From contig CAWBQK010000003.1 of assembly GCA_963791045.1 (NCBI GenBank), positions 43,682-107,681 on the forward strand: a DNA stretch of 64,000 bases, in the 5' to 3' direction. This DNA is from Candidatus Latescibacterota bacterium. Lineage in GTDB: Bacteria; Krumholzibacteriota; Krumholzibacteriia; WVZY01. The notes beneath the pieces are model-generated. The model worked only from the letters and a program-made list of their open reading frames with translations. It was not told the origin of the DNA and did not search any database. The position numbers were made by a program, and so were the translations under genes. This document shows, in pieces, positions 32,960-41,722 of the stretch; the stretch's first letter is position 1; each line of letters starts with the position of its first letter.

Positions 32960-33179
32960 AGCGGAAAAAAATCTACCATATTCGACGGATTCGTGTATCT
33001 TCATGGGCGAAGCGTTTATTGGAGCTGAAAAGAGATTGTGTAACTTATTGTAAATAAATATATTAAGTCTTGGTGAATGCGGGTTGTCTTTGGCTTGGAT
33101 ATTGCAAAATCGTCGGTGAGCTGATTTCTATCACCCTGCGCAATTAGGATAACCGATTTTAGTCCCGGGAGGACGAGAC

Positions 33180-34001
33180 ATGCGTTTGACACCGCTCGAC
33201 ATCAGAAAACAAGAATTCAAGAAAGCAATGAGGGGTCTGGACTCCGACGAGGTGCAGGCATTTTTGAGCACCCTCGCCGACGAGTACGAAGCGGTGATAA
33301 ACGATAACAAGGCTCTGCGCGAACGCCTGCTCGAACTGGACGACAAGGTGCAGGAGTACCGCAACATGGAGAAGACCCTGCGGGACACACTTCTCACCGC
33401 GGAGCGGGTGACCGTCGACGCCAAGGAAAATGCGCGGCGCGAGGCGGACCTGGTTGTCAAGGAAGCGCAGATTGAAGCGGAGAAATCAGTCCGGGACATC
33501 AGAAACTCAGCCATGAAACTCCGCCAGGAGATACAGACGCTCAAACAGCAGAAGGACGGCTACCTGTCGCGCGTGAGAATCCTCGTCGAGTCGCACATGA
33601 AGTTTATCGAATCCGCCGAGAAGGATTTTGCGGAAGAGGAGCAGCGGCTGGAGAGCGAGCAGAAAGAATTCGAGACGAGTAAGACCACGACCGCGAGAGA
33701 GCCTCAATCACCGGAGCTTCGAGAGATCCTCGACGAAGTCATCGAGCGCCAGAAGACCGCACTTAAAGAAGAGGTGCCGGTGGACAGCTCCCCGGGCGGT
33801 GTCGAGAAAACCGCGGAGCGTCCGAGCGGCGATGTAGAGACTCCCGCTTCGGCGACCGACGATAAGACGCCTACGCCCCAGCCGGTTGCCCAGACCGCCG
33901 AGGGTGGTAGTCAGTCACAAGGGGCGTCGTCCAGGTGGTCACTCGACAAACTCAAAAAAGATATCCTCACCGGGGCGCCAAAGGACGATGAAACGAGTTG
34001 A
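33180..34001 (+). CDS. divIVA: DivIVA domain protein
   Basis: MRLTPLDIRKQEFKKAMRGLDSDEVQAFL followed by a long coiled coil. Confidence 0.9.
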   Translation: MRLTPLDIRKQEFKKAMRGLDSDEVQAFLSTLADEYEAVINDNKALRERLLELDDKVQEYRNMEKTLRDTLLTAERVTVDAKENARREADLVVKEAQIEAEKSVRDIRNSAMKLRQEIQTLKQQKDGYLSRVRILVESHMKFIESAEKDFAEEEQRLESEQKEFETSKTTTAREPQSPELREILDEVIERQKTALKEEVPVDSSPGGVEKTAERPSGDVETPASATDDKTPTPQPVAQTAEGGSQSQGASSRWSLDKLKKDILTGAPKDDETS

Positions 34002-34281
34002 CGATCTCGCGGACGGCCGGATTTCGTTTTTGGTAAGTCTCACCCCCCGATCATCACGGGACACTGTCGTTGGGTGGACGGAGGCGGGCAATCTCAAGAT
34101 ACTCGTCACGTCGCCGCCCGTCGATGATGCGGCCAATCGAAGCCTCGTCAAACTACTGTCAAAGTCGCTCGATGTCGCCAGGAGAGAGGTGACCATCGTA
34201 TCGGGACAGCGGTCGCGGGCGAAGCGCGTGACCGTCCCCGCTTCTTGCAAGAATCGGCTTTCAAGCTATCCGGACATCTGA
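33988..34281 (+). CDS. DUF167/YggU family protein
   Basis: PRSSR, PPVDDAAN and IVSGQRSRAKRV. Confidence 0.88.
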   Translation: MKRVDDLADGRISFLVSLTPRSSRDTVVGWTEAGNLKILVTSPPVDDAANRSLVKLLSKSLDVARREVTIVSGQRSRAKRVTVPASCKNRLSSYPDI

Positions 34282-34371
34282 TAGAATACCGACCTTCGAG
34301 AATTTCCGCCGCTGAACCGTCTCGAAAACCCAGGCTCGTACACAATTTCACCAATCAAGGACGAGGAGGTT

Positions 34372-35196
34372 GTGGTGAGAGATCTTTACGATAAGATCCA
34401 GGAAGCCAAAGCCTATATCGAAGCGAAAACCAAGGCCCGCCCCCAGGTCGCCATCGTACTCGGGACCGGTCTCGGTGGAATGGCCGGGTCGATCGATGCC
34501 GACGTGTCGATTCCCTACGGCGAGATCCCGCACTTCGTCAAAGCGACGGGGCTGGGGCATGACGGCAACCTCATCATAGGAACTCTCGGCGGCAAAACCG
34601 TCGTGGCGATGCAGGGACGACTGCATTACTACGAGGGATACACGATGAAGGAAATCACTTTCCCGCTCCGTGTAATGAATGCGCTTGGCGCCGATGAGCT
34701 GGTCATGTCGAGCGCCGTCGGCGGGATGAACGTTCATCTCGATCGCGGCGATATCGTCGTGCTGACCGACTTCATAAACCTGATGGGGGACAATCCGCTC
34801 ATAGGCTGGAACGATGAGCGCCTGGGTCCGCGCTTTCCCGACATGTCGGAACCTTTCGATCTCGAACGGAGGGAGCTGTTCGAGACCCTCGCGATCGAGA
34901 AGGGAATAAACGTGCGCCGCGCGGTGCTCGTGGGCGTGGCCGGACCCAATCTCGAGACGGCCGCCGAGTACAGATTTCTCCGCAGAGTCGGCGCCGATAT
35001 CGTGGGGATGTCGACGGTTCCCGAGGTCATCGTCGCGGGGCACTGCGGGATAAAGACGCTGGCGCTGTCCGTCATCACCGATCTTTGTCCGGCGGACAAT
35101 CTTCAGCCCGCCAACATAAAAGAAATCATCGAAACGGCGGAAACCGCCGAACCAAAACTTCGCGAACTGGTAATGGAATATCTCAAACGCTTGTAG
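34372..35196 (+). CDS. Purine nucleoside phosphorylase (trimeric type)
   Basis: VLGTGLG, MQGRLHYYEGY, GPRFPDMS, GPNLETAAE and VGMSTVPE. Confidence 0.95.
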   Translation: MVRDLYDKIQEAKAYIEAKTKARPQVAIVLGTGLGGMAGSIDADVSIPYGEIPHFVKATGLGHDGNLIIGTLGGKTVVAMQGRLHYYEGYTMKEITFPLRVMNALGADELVMSSAVGGMNVHLDRGDIVVLTDFINLMGDNPLIGWNDERLGPRFPDMSEPFDLERRELFETLAIEKGINVRRAVLVGVAGPNLETAAEYRFLRRVGADIVGMSTVPEVIVAGHCGIKTLALSVITDLCPADNLQPANIKEIIETAETAEPKLRELVMEYLKRL

Positions 35197-35211
35197 GCTG
35201 TGATTTGACCC

Positions 35212-38200
35212 ATGGAAAACAAACGATTCAAAGACGTCGCTAAGCCCGACAGTATCCCCGTCGCCGAAGAGGCGGTCATGGAATTCTGGAACCGGGGCAA
35301 AATCTTCGAAGAAAGCGTCACGCGGCACGATGGCGGTCCTCGTTTCGTGTTCTACGAAGGCCCTCCGACGGCGAACGGCAAGCCCGGCGTCCATCACGTT
35401 CTTGCCAGACTCTGCAAGGATATCGTTTGCCGATACAAGGCGATGACGGGGTACCAGGTAATCCGCAAGGCGGGATGGGACACGCACGGTCTGCCCGTCG
35501 AAATCGAAGTGGAAAAGCAACTCGATATCAGCCACAAGGAAGAAATCGAGGCTTACGGCATCGCCAACTTCAACGCGAAGTGCAAAGAAAGTGTTTTCAA
35601 GTACGAGAAGGAATGGGTTCGGTTTACCCAGCGTATCGGTTACTGGCTCGATCTCGAAAACCCGTATGTAACGTACACGAACGACTACATCGAAACGGTG
35701 TGGTGGATCCTCAAAAAATTCTGGGACGAGGGGCTTCTCTACGAAGGGCACAAAATTGTTCCGTTCTGCCCGCGGTGCGAGACGTCGCTCAGTAGCCACG
35801 AGGTGAGCCAGGGTTACAAAGACGTCGACGACCCTTCGGTCTTCATCAAATTCAAGAGGGCGGACAGCGAGGACCGTTTTCTCGTATGGACGACGACGCC
35901 GTGGACTTTGACGGCGAACGCGGCGCTTGCCGTGGGTCCGTATTTCGATTACGTGCGTGTCGCGCACGATGGCGAGACGCTTGTTCTTGCCGAGGCGCTT
36001 CTCGGAGTCCTCGAGGGAGAGTACGAAGTTCTCGAAAAGTTCAAAGGCGAGGAACTCGCCGGAGCGTCTTACGAACCGCTCTTCCCGTTTTTCAAGAATG
36101 CCGAGAACGGGTTCAAGGTGTTCGCAGGCGATTTTGTGAGTCTCGAGGACGGTACCGGAATCGTCCACATCGCTCCGGCGTTCGGCGAAGACGACTACAA
36201 GCTTCATTTGAACCAGGGGGTGCCCCTCCTTCAGCCGGTCACGCTCCAGGGGACGTTCACCGAAGACGTGGAACCGTGGGTCGGACAGTGGATCAAGGAC
36301 GCCGACCCGCACATCATCCGTGCGCTCAAAGAAGAGGGCAAACTCTACAAGAGCGGAAGGATCACACACTCGTACCCGTTCTGCTGGCGGTGTTCCACCG
36401 CGTTGGTCTACTACGCCCGCCGGTCGTGGTACATAAAGACCACGGCGTTCAAGGACGAGATGATCGCCGCCAACAACAAGATCAACTGGATTCCAAAAGA
36501 AGTCGGCGAGCACCGTTTTGGCAACTGGCTCGAAAACAATGTCGATTGGGCGCTGAGCCGCGAGCGTTATTGGGGGACGCCGCTCCCCGTGTGGGTGTGC
36601 GAAAAGGATGACGAGCACCGTCTTGCCGTGGGCAGCGTCGCAGAGCTCAGAGAGCTTGGCGAAGATATTCCCGGGGACGACGAACTGGATCTTCATCGGC
36701 CGCAGGTGGATGATTTCATCCTTAAGTGCCCCGAGTGCGGAGGCCGGATGCGCCGGGTCAAGGAAGTCATCGATGCGTGGTTCGATTCGGGGAGCATGCC
36801 GTTTTCCCAATATCACTACCCGTTCGATGAAAACAAAATGTTCGACGGTCAGTTTCCCGCCGATTTTATTTCCGAGGGAATCGACCAGTCGCGCGGCTGG
36901 TTCTACTCGATGCTCGCGATTTCGACCTTCCTCAAGGGCGAGAGCTCGTACAAGAGCTGCGTCGTGACCGAGATGATCCTCGACAAAAAGGGTCAGAAGA
37001 TGTCCAAGACGCGCGGCAATGTCGTCGAACCGTGGGACGTGCTAAACAAGGAAGGCGCCGACGCGCTCAGGTGGTATCTGATTTCGAGCAGTCCGCCGTA
37101 TCTCCCGACGAAATTCGACAGGAAAGCCGTCGTCGAGGCATCGCAAAAACTTCTCGGGACGCTTCGAAACGTCTACTCGTTCTTCGCCATGTATGCGGAG
37201 ATCGACGATTACAAACCGGGCGACGAGAAGGGCGAACCCAATCTCATCGACAGGTGGATCCTGTCGCGGTATCACACCACCGTCGCCGAAGCGGGAAAAC
37301 AACTCGAGGCATTCGATATGACCCGGGCGGCAAGGGCTCTGCAGGCGTTTGTCCTCGATGAACTGAGCAACTGGTACGTCCGGCGATCGCGGCGGCGGTT
37401 CTGGAAAGGTGAGATGGGTCCCGACAAACTCGCCGCGTACGACACGCTGTACACGGTGCTCAAGGGGACGCTCAAGCTTCTCGCTCCATTTGTGCCGTTT
37501 GTGACCGAAGAGATCGCCCAGGCGGTTGACTGTGGGATGACCGGCAAGGCCGAAGTGGGGAGCATCCACCTCGAGACGTTCCCCGAAAGCGATCCGTCGA
37601 AAGTCGACGCGGAACTCGAGACGTTGATGGACACGGCGCTCAGGGTCTGCGCGCTTGGACGAACGGTGAGGAACGACGTTGGAATCAAAATACGACAGCC
37701 TCTCGGCGAGCTTGTAATTCACGACAATACGGGCCGGTGCGAGAGACTCACGAAGAATGCCGAGGTCGTCGATATCGTCCTCGACGAACTGCACGTTAAA
37801 AAGATCACGATTGCCGAAGAACTGTCGCGCTACGTTACGTTGAAAGCAACTCCGGCCTACCCGGTGCTGGGAAAACGTTTCGGCAAACGCGTCCCCGAAG
37901 TCGTGAAGCTGATTGGGGCGCTTTCGCAGGGTGACCTCGAGGGCTTTCTCAAATCGGGCGGGGCAACCGTGGGGTCGGGTGACGAGGAAGTCAAACTCGG
38001 CCGCGATGAAATGTCTGTCCAGGCGGAGGGGATCGCGCCGTACGGTGGGCGCCAGGAGCACGGAGTCACAGTGGCGATCAATCTCGAGATCGACGAAGCG
38101 CTCCGGCTTGAAGGCCTCGCGCGAGAAATCGTCAACAGGCTTCAGAACCTGAGGAAGAACGCCGGGTTCGAGGTCGGCGACAGGATTGCCATCAGGTACG

Positions 38201-38367
38201 ACGGCGGCGAAGCGGCCGACCAGGTCTTCGCCGGGCAGGAAGAGTTTATCAAGACGGAGACGCTTGCCCGCTCCATCGAAAAGGGCGCCGCCGAGTGGAA
38301 CGATATGACGGAGTTCGACTTGGAAGGGGATCGAATAAGCCTTTGGATTCAGAGAGAATCTGATTGA
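35212..38367 (+). CDS. ileS: Isoleucine-tRNA ligase (type 2)
   Basis: YEGPPTANGKPGVHH, GWDTHGLP, DWALSRERYWGTP, DQSRGWFY, KMSKT and EGLAREIVNRLQ. Confidence 0.97.
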   Translation: MENKRFKDVAKPDSIPVAEEAVMEFWNRGKIFEESVTRHDGGPRFVFYEGPPTANGKPGVHHVLARLCKDIVCRYKAMTGYQVIRKAGWDTHGLPVEIEVEKQLDISHKEEIEAYGIANFNAKCKESVFKYEKEWVRFTQRIGYWLDLENPYVTYTNDYIETVWWILKKFWDEGLLYEGHKIVPFCPRCETSLSSHEVSQGYKDVDDPSVFIKFKRADSEDRFLVWTTTPWTLTANAALAVGPYFDYVRVAHDGETLVLAEALLGVLEGEYEVLEKFKGEELAGASYEPLFPFFKNAENGFKVFAGDFVSLEDGTGIVHIAPAFGEDDYKLHLNQGVPLLQPVTLQGTFTEDVEPWVGQWIKDADPHIIRALKEEGKLYKSGRITHSYPFCWRCSTALVYYARRSWYIKTTAFKDEMIAANNKINWIPKEVGEHRFGNWLENNVDWALSRERYWGTPLPVWVCEKDDEHRLAVGSVAELRELGEDIPGDDELDLHRPQVDDFILKCPECGGRMRRVKEVIDAWFDSGSMPFSQYHYPFDENKMFDGQFPADFISEGIDQSRGWFYSMLAISTFLKGESSYKSCVVTEMILDKKGQKMSKTRGNVVEPWDVLNKEGADALRWYLISSSPPYLPTKFDRKAVVEASQKLLGTLRNVYSFFAMYAEIDDYKPGDEKGEPNLIDRWILSRYHTTVAEAGKQLEAFDMTRAARALQAFVLDELSNWYVRRSRRRFWKGEMGPDKLAAYDTLYTVLKGTLKLLAPFVPFVTEEIAQAVDCGMTGKAEVGSIHLETFPESDPSKVDAELETLMDTALRVCALGRTVRNDVGIKIRQPLGELVIHDNTGRCERLTKNAEVVDIVLDELHVKKITIAEELSRYVTLKATPAYPVLGKRFGKRVPEVVKLIGALSQGDLEGFLKSGGATVGSGDEEVKLGRDEMSVQAEGIAPYGGRQEHGVTVAINLEIDEALRLEGLAREIVNRLQNLRKNAGFEVGDRIAIRYDGGEAADQVFAGQEEFIKTETLARSIEKGAAEWNDMTEFDLEGDRISLWIQRESD

Positions 38368-38392
38368 CAAGGCATATAGGCGTTAGTATCTT
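38364..38392 (+). promoter_or_regulatory. Sigma70-type promoter
   Basis: TTGACA-N17-TATCTT upstream of the dksA/traR-family gene. Confidence 0.55.
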
Positions 38393-38454
38393 ATCATCGC
38401 TTTTCGACAACCCCTATAATTGACGAGAACGGCGCAATGCGCCATGAGGTTGGA

Positions 38455-38832
38455 ATGAATAAGAAAGAACTGGCAAAGTTCGAAAAGAAGATCATGGACG
38501 AGATGGAACGTGTCCGTGAGAAGCTAGGCGTTATCGGCGAAGAGATTTCTGATCGAACGGCAAACAAGGCCAACGGGAGCCAGGGCTACTCCAACCACAT
38601 GGCCGATATCGGCAGCGACGCAATTGAGCAGGAGCAGGCGTTCCTCCATGCCAGCCAGGGCACCGAATATCTCAACCGGCTGGAATTGGCCCTGAAGCGG
38701 ATCCGGGACGGTTCGTACGGAGTCTGCGAGGATTGTTCGTCAAAAATTCCCACCAAGCGTCTCGAGGCTTACCTCGCCGCGCTTCTCTGTGTCGAATGCA
38801 AATCCAAACAGGAGAAACTCCAGAGGGGTTAA
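38455..38832 (+). CDS. TraR/DksA family C4 zinc-finger protein
   Basis: HMADIGSD, ALKRIRDGSYGVCEDC and RLEA..LCVEC. Confidence 0.9.
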   Translation: MNKKELAKFEKKIMDEMERVREKLGVIGEEISDRTANKANGSQGYSNHMADIGSDAIEQEQAFLHASQGTEYLNRLELALKRIRDGSYGVCEDCSSKIPTKRLEAYLAALLCVECKSKQEKLQRG

Positions 38833-38835
38833 ATA

Positions 38836-39294
38836 GTGGGGTTTCTTCTTCCAGCCCTGATCGTCGTACTCCTCGATCAAGCTTCCAAACAATTCTTCTG
38901 GATACTCGGCAAGAATTTCGATGTAATCGATGATTTTCTTCGCGTGACGCTGGTCCGCAATTCCGGCGCCGCTTTCGGGATGCTCCAGGGCGGCCGGATT
39001 TTCCTGGTCTTTTCGAGTGTTATCGCGGCGATATTTATTATTTTTCTCGCCCAGAGAATCCCCGCCGAGGAAAAGGCCAAAAGGATTTTCCTGGGGATGA
39101 TTCTTGGTGGCGCACTCGGCAATCTCGTAGACCGTCTTTACCCGGGGCACGTAATCGATTTCATTGATATGGGCATCGGTGCACACCGCTGGCCCGTGTA
39201 CAACATCGCGGATACGGCCGTGACCGTAGGCGGAATTCTGCTCATTGTTGCTTTTTCCCTGAAGCGTGAAGAAGGACCAGATCAAACGGAATGA
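38836..39294 (+). CDS. lspA: Lipoprotein signal peptidase II
   Basis: DQASK, NSGAAFG, GGALGNLVDR, VIDFI and YNIAD. Confidence 0.95.
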   Translation: MGFLLPALIVVLLDQASKQFFWILGKNFDVIDDFLRVTLVRNSGAAFGMLQGGRIFLVFSSVIAAIFIIFLAQRIPAEEKAKRIFLGMILGGALGNLVDRLYPGHVIDFIDMGIGAHRWPVYNIADTAVTVGGILLIVAFSLKREEGPDQTE

Positions 39295-40241
39295 ACATCT
39301 CACGGCCGGGCCCGAAGACGAAGGCGCCCGTCTCGATGTGTTCCTAGCGGCCCACGTCGAGGGCCTGTCGAGAAACCAGGTCCAAAAGCTCATCAAGGAC
39401 CGTTGTGTTACGGTCAATTCGCAGTCTAAAGCCGCCAACTATCAGGTCAAAAACGGCGACGCCGTCGCGATTGATATTCCGGAGACGGACGCAGAAGTCC
39501 GGGCTCCGGTCCCCCAGAAGATTCCAATTTGCGTTATATACGAAGACGATGATCTCGTTGTTATCAATAAAGATGCGGGGATCGTTGTTCATCCCGCGCA
39601 CGGAAACTGGGATGGGACCGTCGTCAACGCGCTCCTCGGGCGGGGAATCGCTCTGGCACCCCTGGGCGGGACGGACCGCCCGGGCGTGGTTCACCGTCTC
39701 GACAAAGACACGTCGGGCGTTCTGGTTCTGGCGAAGACCGATCGCGCGTACAGTGGGATGAGCGAACAGATAAAGGCGCGTGAAATCAAGAAAGTCTACC
39801 ACGCCATTTCGTGGGGAAATATCGGGGGGACATCGAGAACCATCGACGCGCCAATCGCCCGGCACCCGGTGCACCGGCAAAAGATGGCCGTCGCAAAGCG
39901 TGGTGGCCGCGAGGCTTACACCGAAGTGTTTGTGGTAGACACCTTTGATTATTTCGATTATATTCGGGTCATTATAGTTACGGGCAGGACTCACCAGATT
40001 CGAGTGCATATGTCGCACATTTCCCATCCGATTCTTGGTGATTCCGTCTACAGCGGGCGTCGGAACAGGGGTGTTTCGCCCGAAGGTTGATGCCCTGCTT
40101 AAAGCGATGCAGCGACAAGCCCTTCACGCGTCAATGATATCTTTTGTCCACCCCGTGACCGGGCGTCGAATGGAATTTAAGACGGCGCTTCCAACGGATA
40201 TGCAATTGGCGCTTGAGCGGTTGTACCGCGGTAGAGAGTAA
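39266..40241 (+). CDS. rluD: RluA/RluD family pseudouridine synthase, frameshift near 40070-40085
   Basis: S4-like RLDVFL, RPGVVHRLDKDTSG, TGRTHQIRVH and HPILGD; RQALHA..HPVTG lies in a second frame. Confidence 0.88.
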
Positions 40242-40256
40242 TCAGGAGGTAAGGGT

Positions 40257-40598
40257 TTGAAGTTCAGCCAGAGAGATTACAAGGATTTCGTTGTTATCGA
40301 TTTGAAAGGGAAACTCACAGGCGGTCCGGAGGCCGAAACGTTCCGCGACCTGTTCAAATCACTGGTTCAGCAGGGGAAAACCAAAGTAATCATCAATCTC
40401 AAGGATATCGAGTGGATTTCGAGTACGGGGATCGGGATCATGATCCGCGGTTTTAAGACGGTCCGTGAAGCTGGGGGCGATTTTGTGATCGTCCGTGTCG
40501 GTGACAGGACCCAGCAGGTCTTTAACGTGCTCAGACTCGACCATATTTTCAAGATAGCCGAAACTGAAGATGACGCTATTGCGGAATTTGAAAAGTAA
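40257..40598 (+). CDS. STAS-domain anti-sigma factor antagonist
   Basis: LKGKLTGG and WISSTGIG (phosphoserine motif); RBS GGAGG. Confidence 0.9.
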   Translation: MKFSQRDYKDFVVIDLKGKLTGGPEAETFRDLFKSLVQQGKTKVIINLKDIEWISSTGIGIMIRGFKTVREAGGDFVIVRVGDRTQQVFNVLRLDHIFKIAETEDDAIAEFEK

Positions 40599-40772
40599 CT
40601 TCGAAAAAAAACGCGGCCGGGGTGCTGACGGGCGCTATATCCCTTCGGCGGTCTGGCGGTGTTTGTTTATTTAAATGAGGGTCAAGTGTCTGACTCTGGT
40701 TTCGTTCTTCTGGCGCAATTGATGGCAGGTAGAGCGCGGTATTCGGTTACTGCTCTTTAAGGAGGATAAGAC

Positions 40773-41126
40773 TTGAAAGTCAATCAGAAAGAACTCTATG
40801 GCGCCGTCGTCCTGGAGCTTCACGGGAAATTGACCGGTGGTCCCGAGGCGGAAACGTTCCGCAACATCTTCAAAGATCTCGTCAATGATGGCAAAATGAA
40901 TATCATAGTCAACCTCAAGAAGGTCGACTGGATAAACAGTACGGGACTTGGGATCCTGATCAGTGGGTACACATCTGTTCGCAAAGCGGGCGGGGACCTT
41001 GTGCTCTGCAATGTTGGTGACAGAATCGACAGTATTCTCTATGTCACAAAACTCAATCTGCTTTTTCAAGCATTCGAAAGTGCGGAAGAAGCCGCTGAAT
41101 TCTTGAGAAAGGGCAACTCAGAATAG
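40773..41126 (+). CDS. STAS-domain anti-sigma factor antagonist (paralog)
   Basis: LHGKLTGG and WINSTGLG; RBS AGGAGG. Confidence 0.9.
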   Translation: MKVNQKELYGAVVLELHGKLTGGPEAETFRNIFKDLVNDGKMNIIVNLKKVDWINSTGLGILISGYTSVRKAGGDLVLCNVGDRIDSILYVTKLNLLFQAFESAEEAAEFLRKGNSE

Positions 41127-41147
41127 CTTTGTTGAGCAGGTAAAGCA

Positions 41148-41603
41148 ATGAACCGTCCCCACAATACTATGGAACTGGTGATACCCAGCGATTTCAAATT
41201 TCTGGGTGCCGTCGACGCTGCCGTCCAGGATTTGGCACGGGAGTTCGCATGCGCCCAGAGATGGATTGATGACTTTAGCACCGCCCTCGTCGAAGCGTGC
41301 ACAAACGCGATCGAGCACGGTAACAAATACGCGAAAGACAAAAGGGTCAGGATCATCGTGGAGCTGAACGATCACAAGATCATCAGCCGTGTGCACGACG
41401 AGGGTGAGGGTTTTGACTTCGAGAAATTTGTTTCCGAAGCACCCCCCCCGGATCCCCTCAGCGAGCGCGGTCGTGGCATCATGATCATGACGGCGTTCAC
41501 CGATCAGCTGAGCTACACGTTTGACGACGAGCACGGCCTCTGTCTCGAGCTCACCAAGGCGTGCCAGGAAGACGAACCCGAATGCCTGGAGGAATCCGAA
41601 TAA
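41148..41603 (+). CDS. RsbW-like anti-sigma factor / Ser kinase
   Basis: EACTNAIEHGN, DEGEGFD and ERGRGIMIM. Confidence 0.9.
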   Translation: MNRPHNTMELVIPSDFKFLGAVDAAVQDLAREFACAQRWIDDFSTALVEACTNAIEHGNKYAKDKRVRIIVELNDHKIISRVHDEGEGFDFEKFVSEAPPPDPLSERGRGIMIMTAFTDQLSYTFDDEHGLCLELTKACQEDEPECLEESE

Positions 41604-41722
41604 CCCCGGGCGTTGCGGGTAGGCAATGTGAGGCGTTACCCCCCCCGAGGGAACCTTCCAGTCCGCGGACGCGTATTACTAATTGATCGTGGTTTTTCCA
41701 ACGAAGCGTCGGGTCAAGGCAA

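Noticed and set aside
33180-34001. DivIVA in an apparently diderm organism as a novelty
   Set aside because: DivIVA-domain genes in yggS-linked clusters are known from several diderm phyla.
34348-36816. 822-aa minus-strand ORF, and similar long antisense ORFs such as 37042..38370, 44421..45866 and 58012..59808
   Set aside because: These are shadows of well-supported plus-strand genes in GC-rich DNA and have no recognisable motifs.
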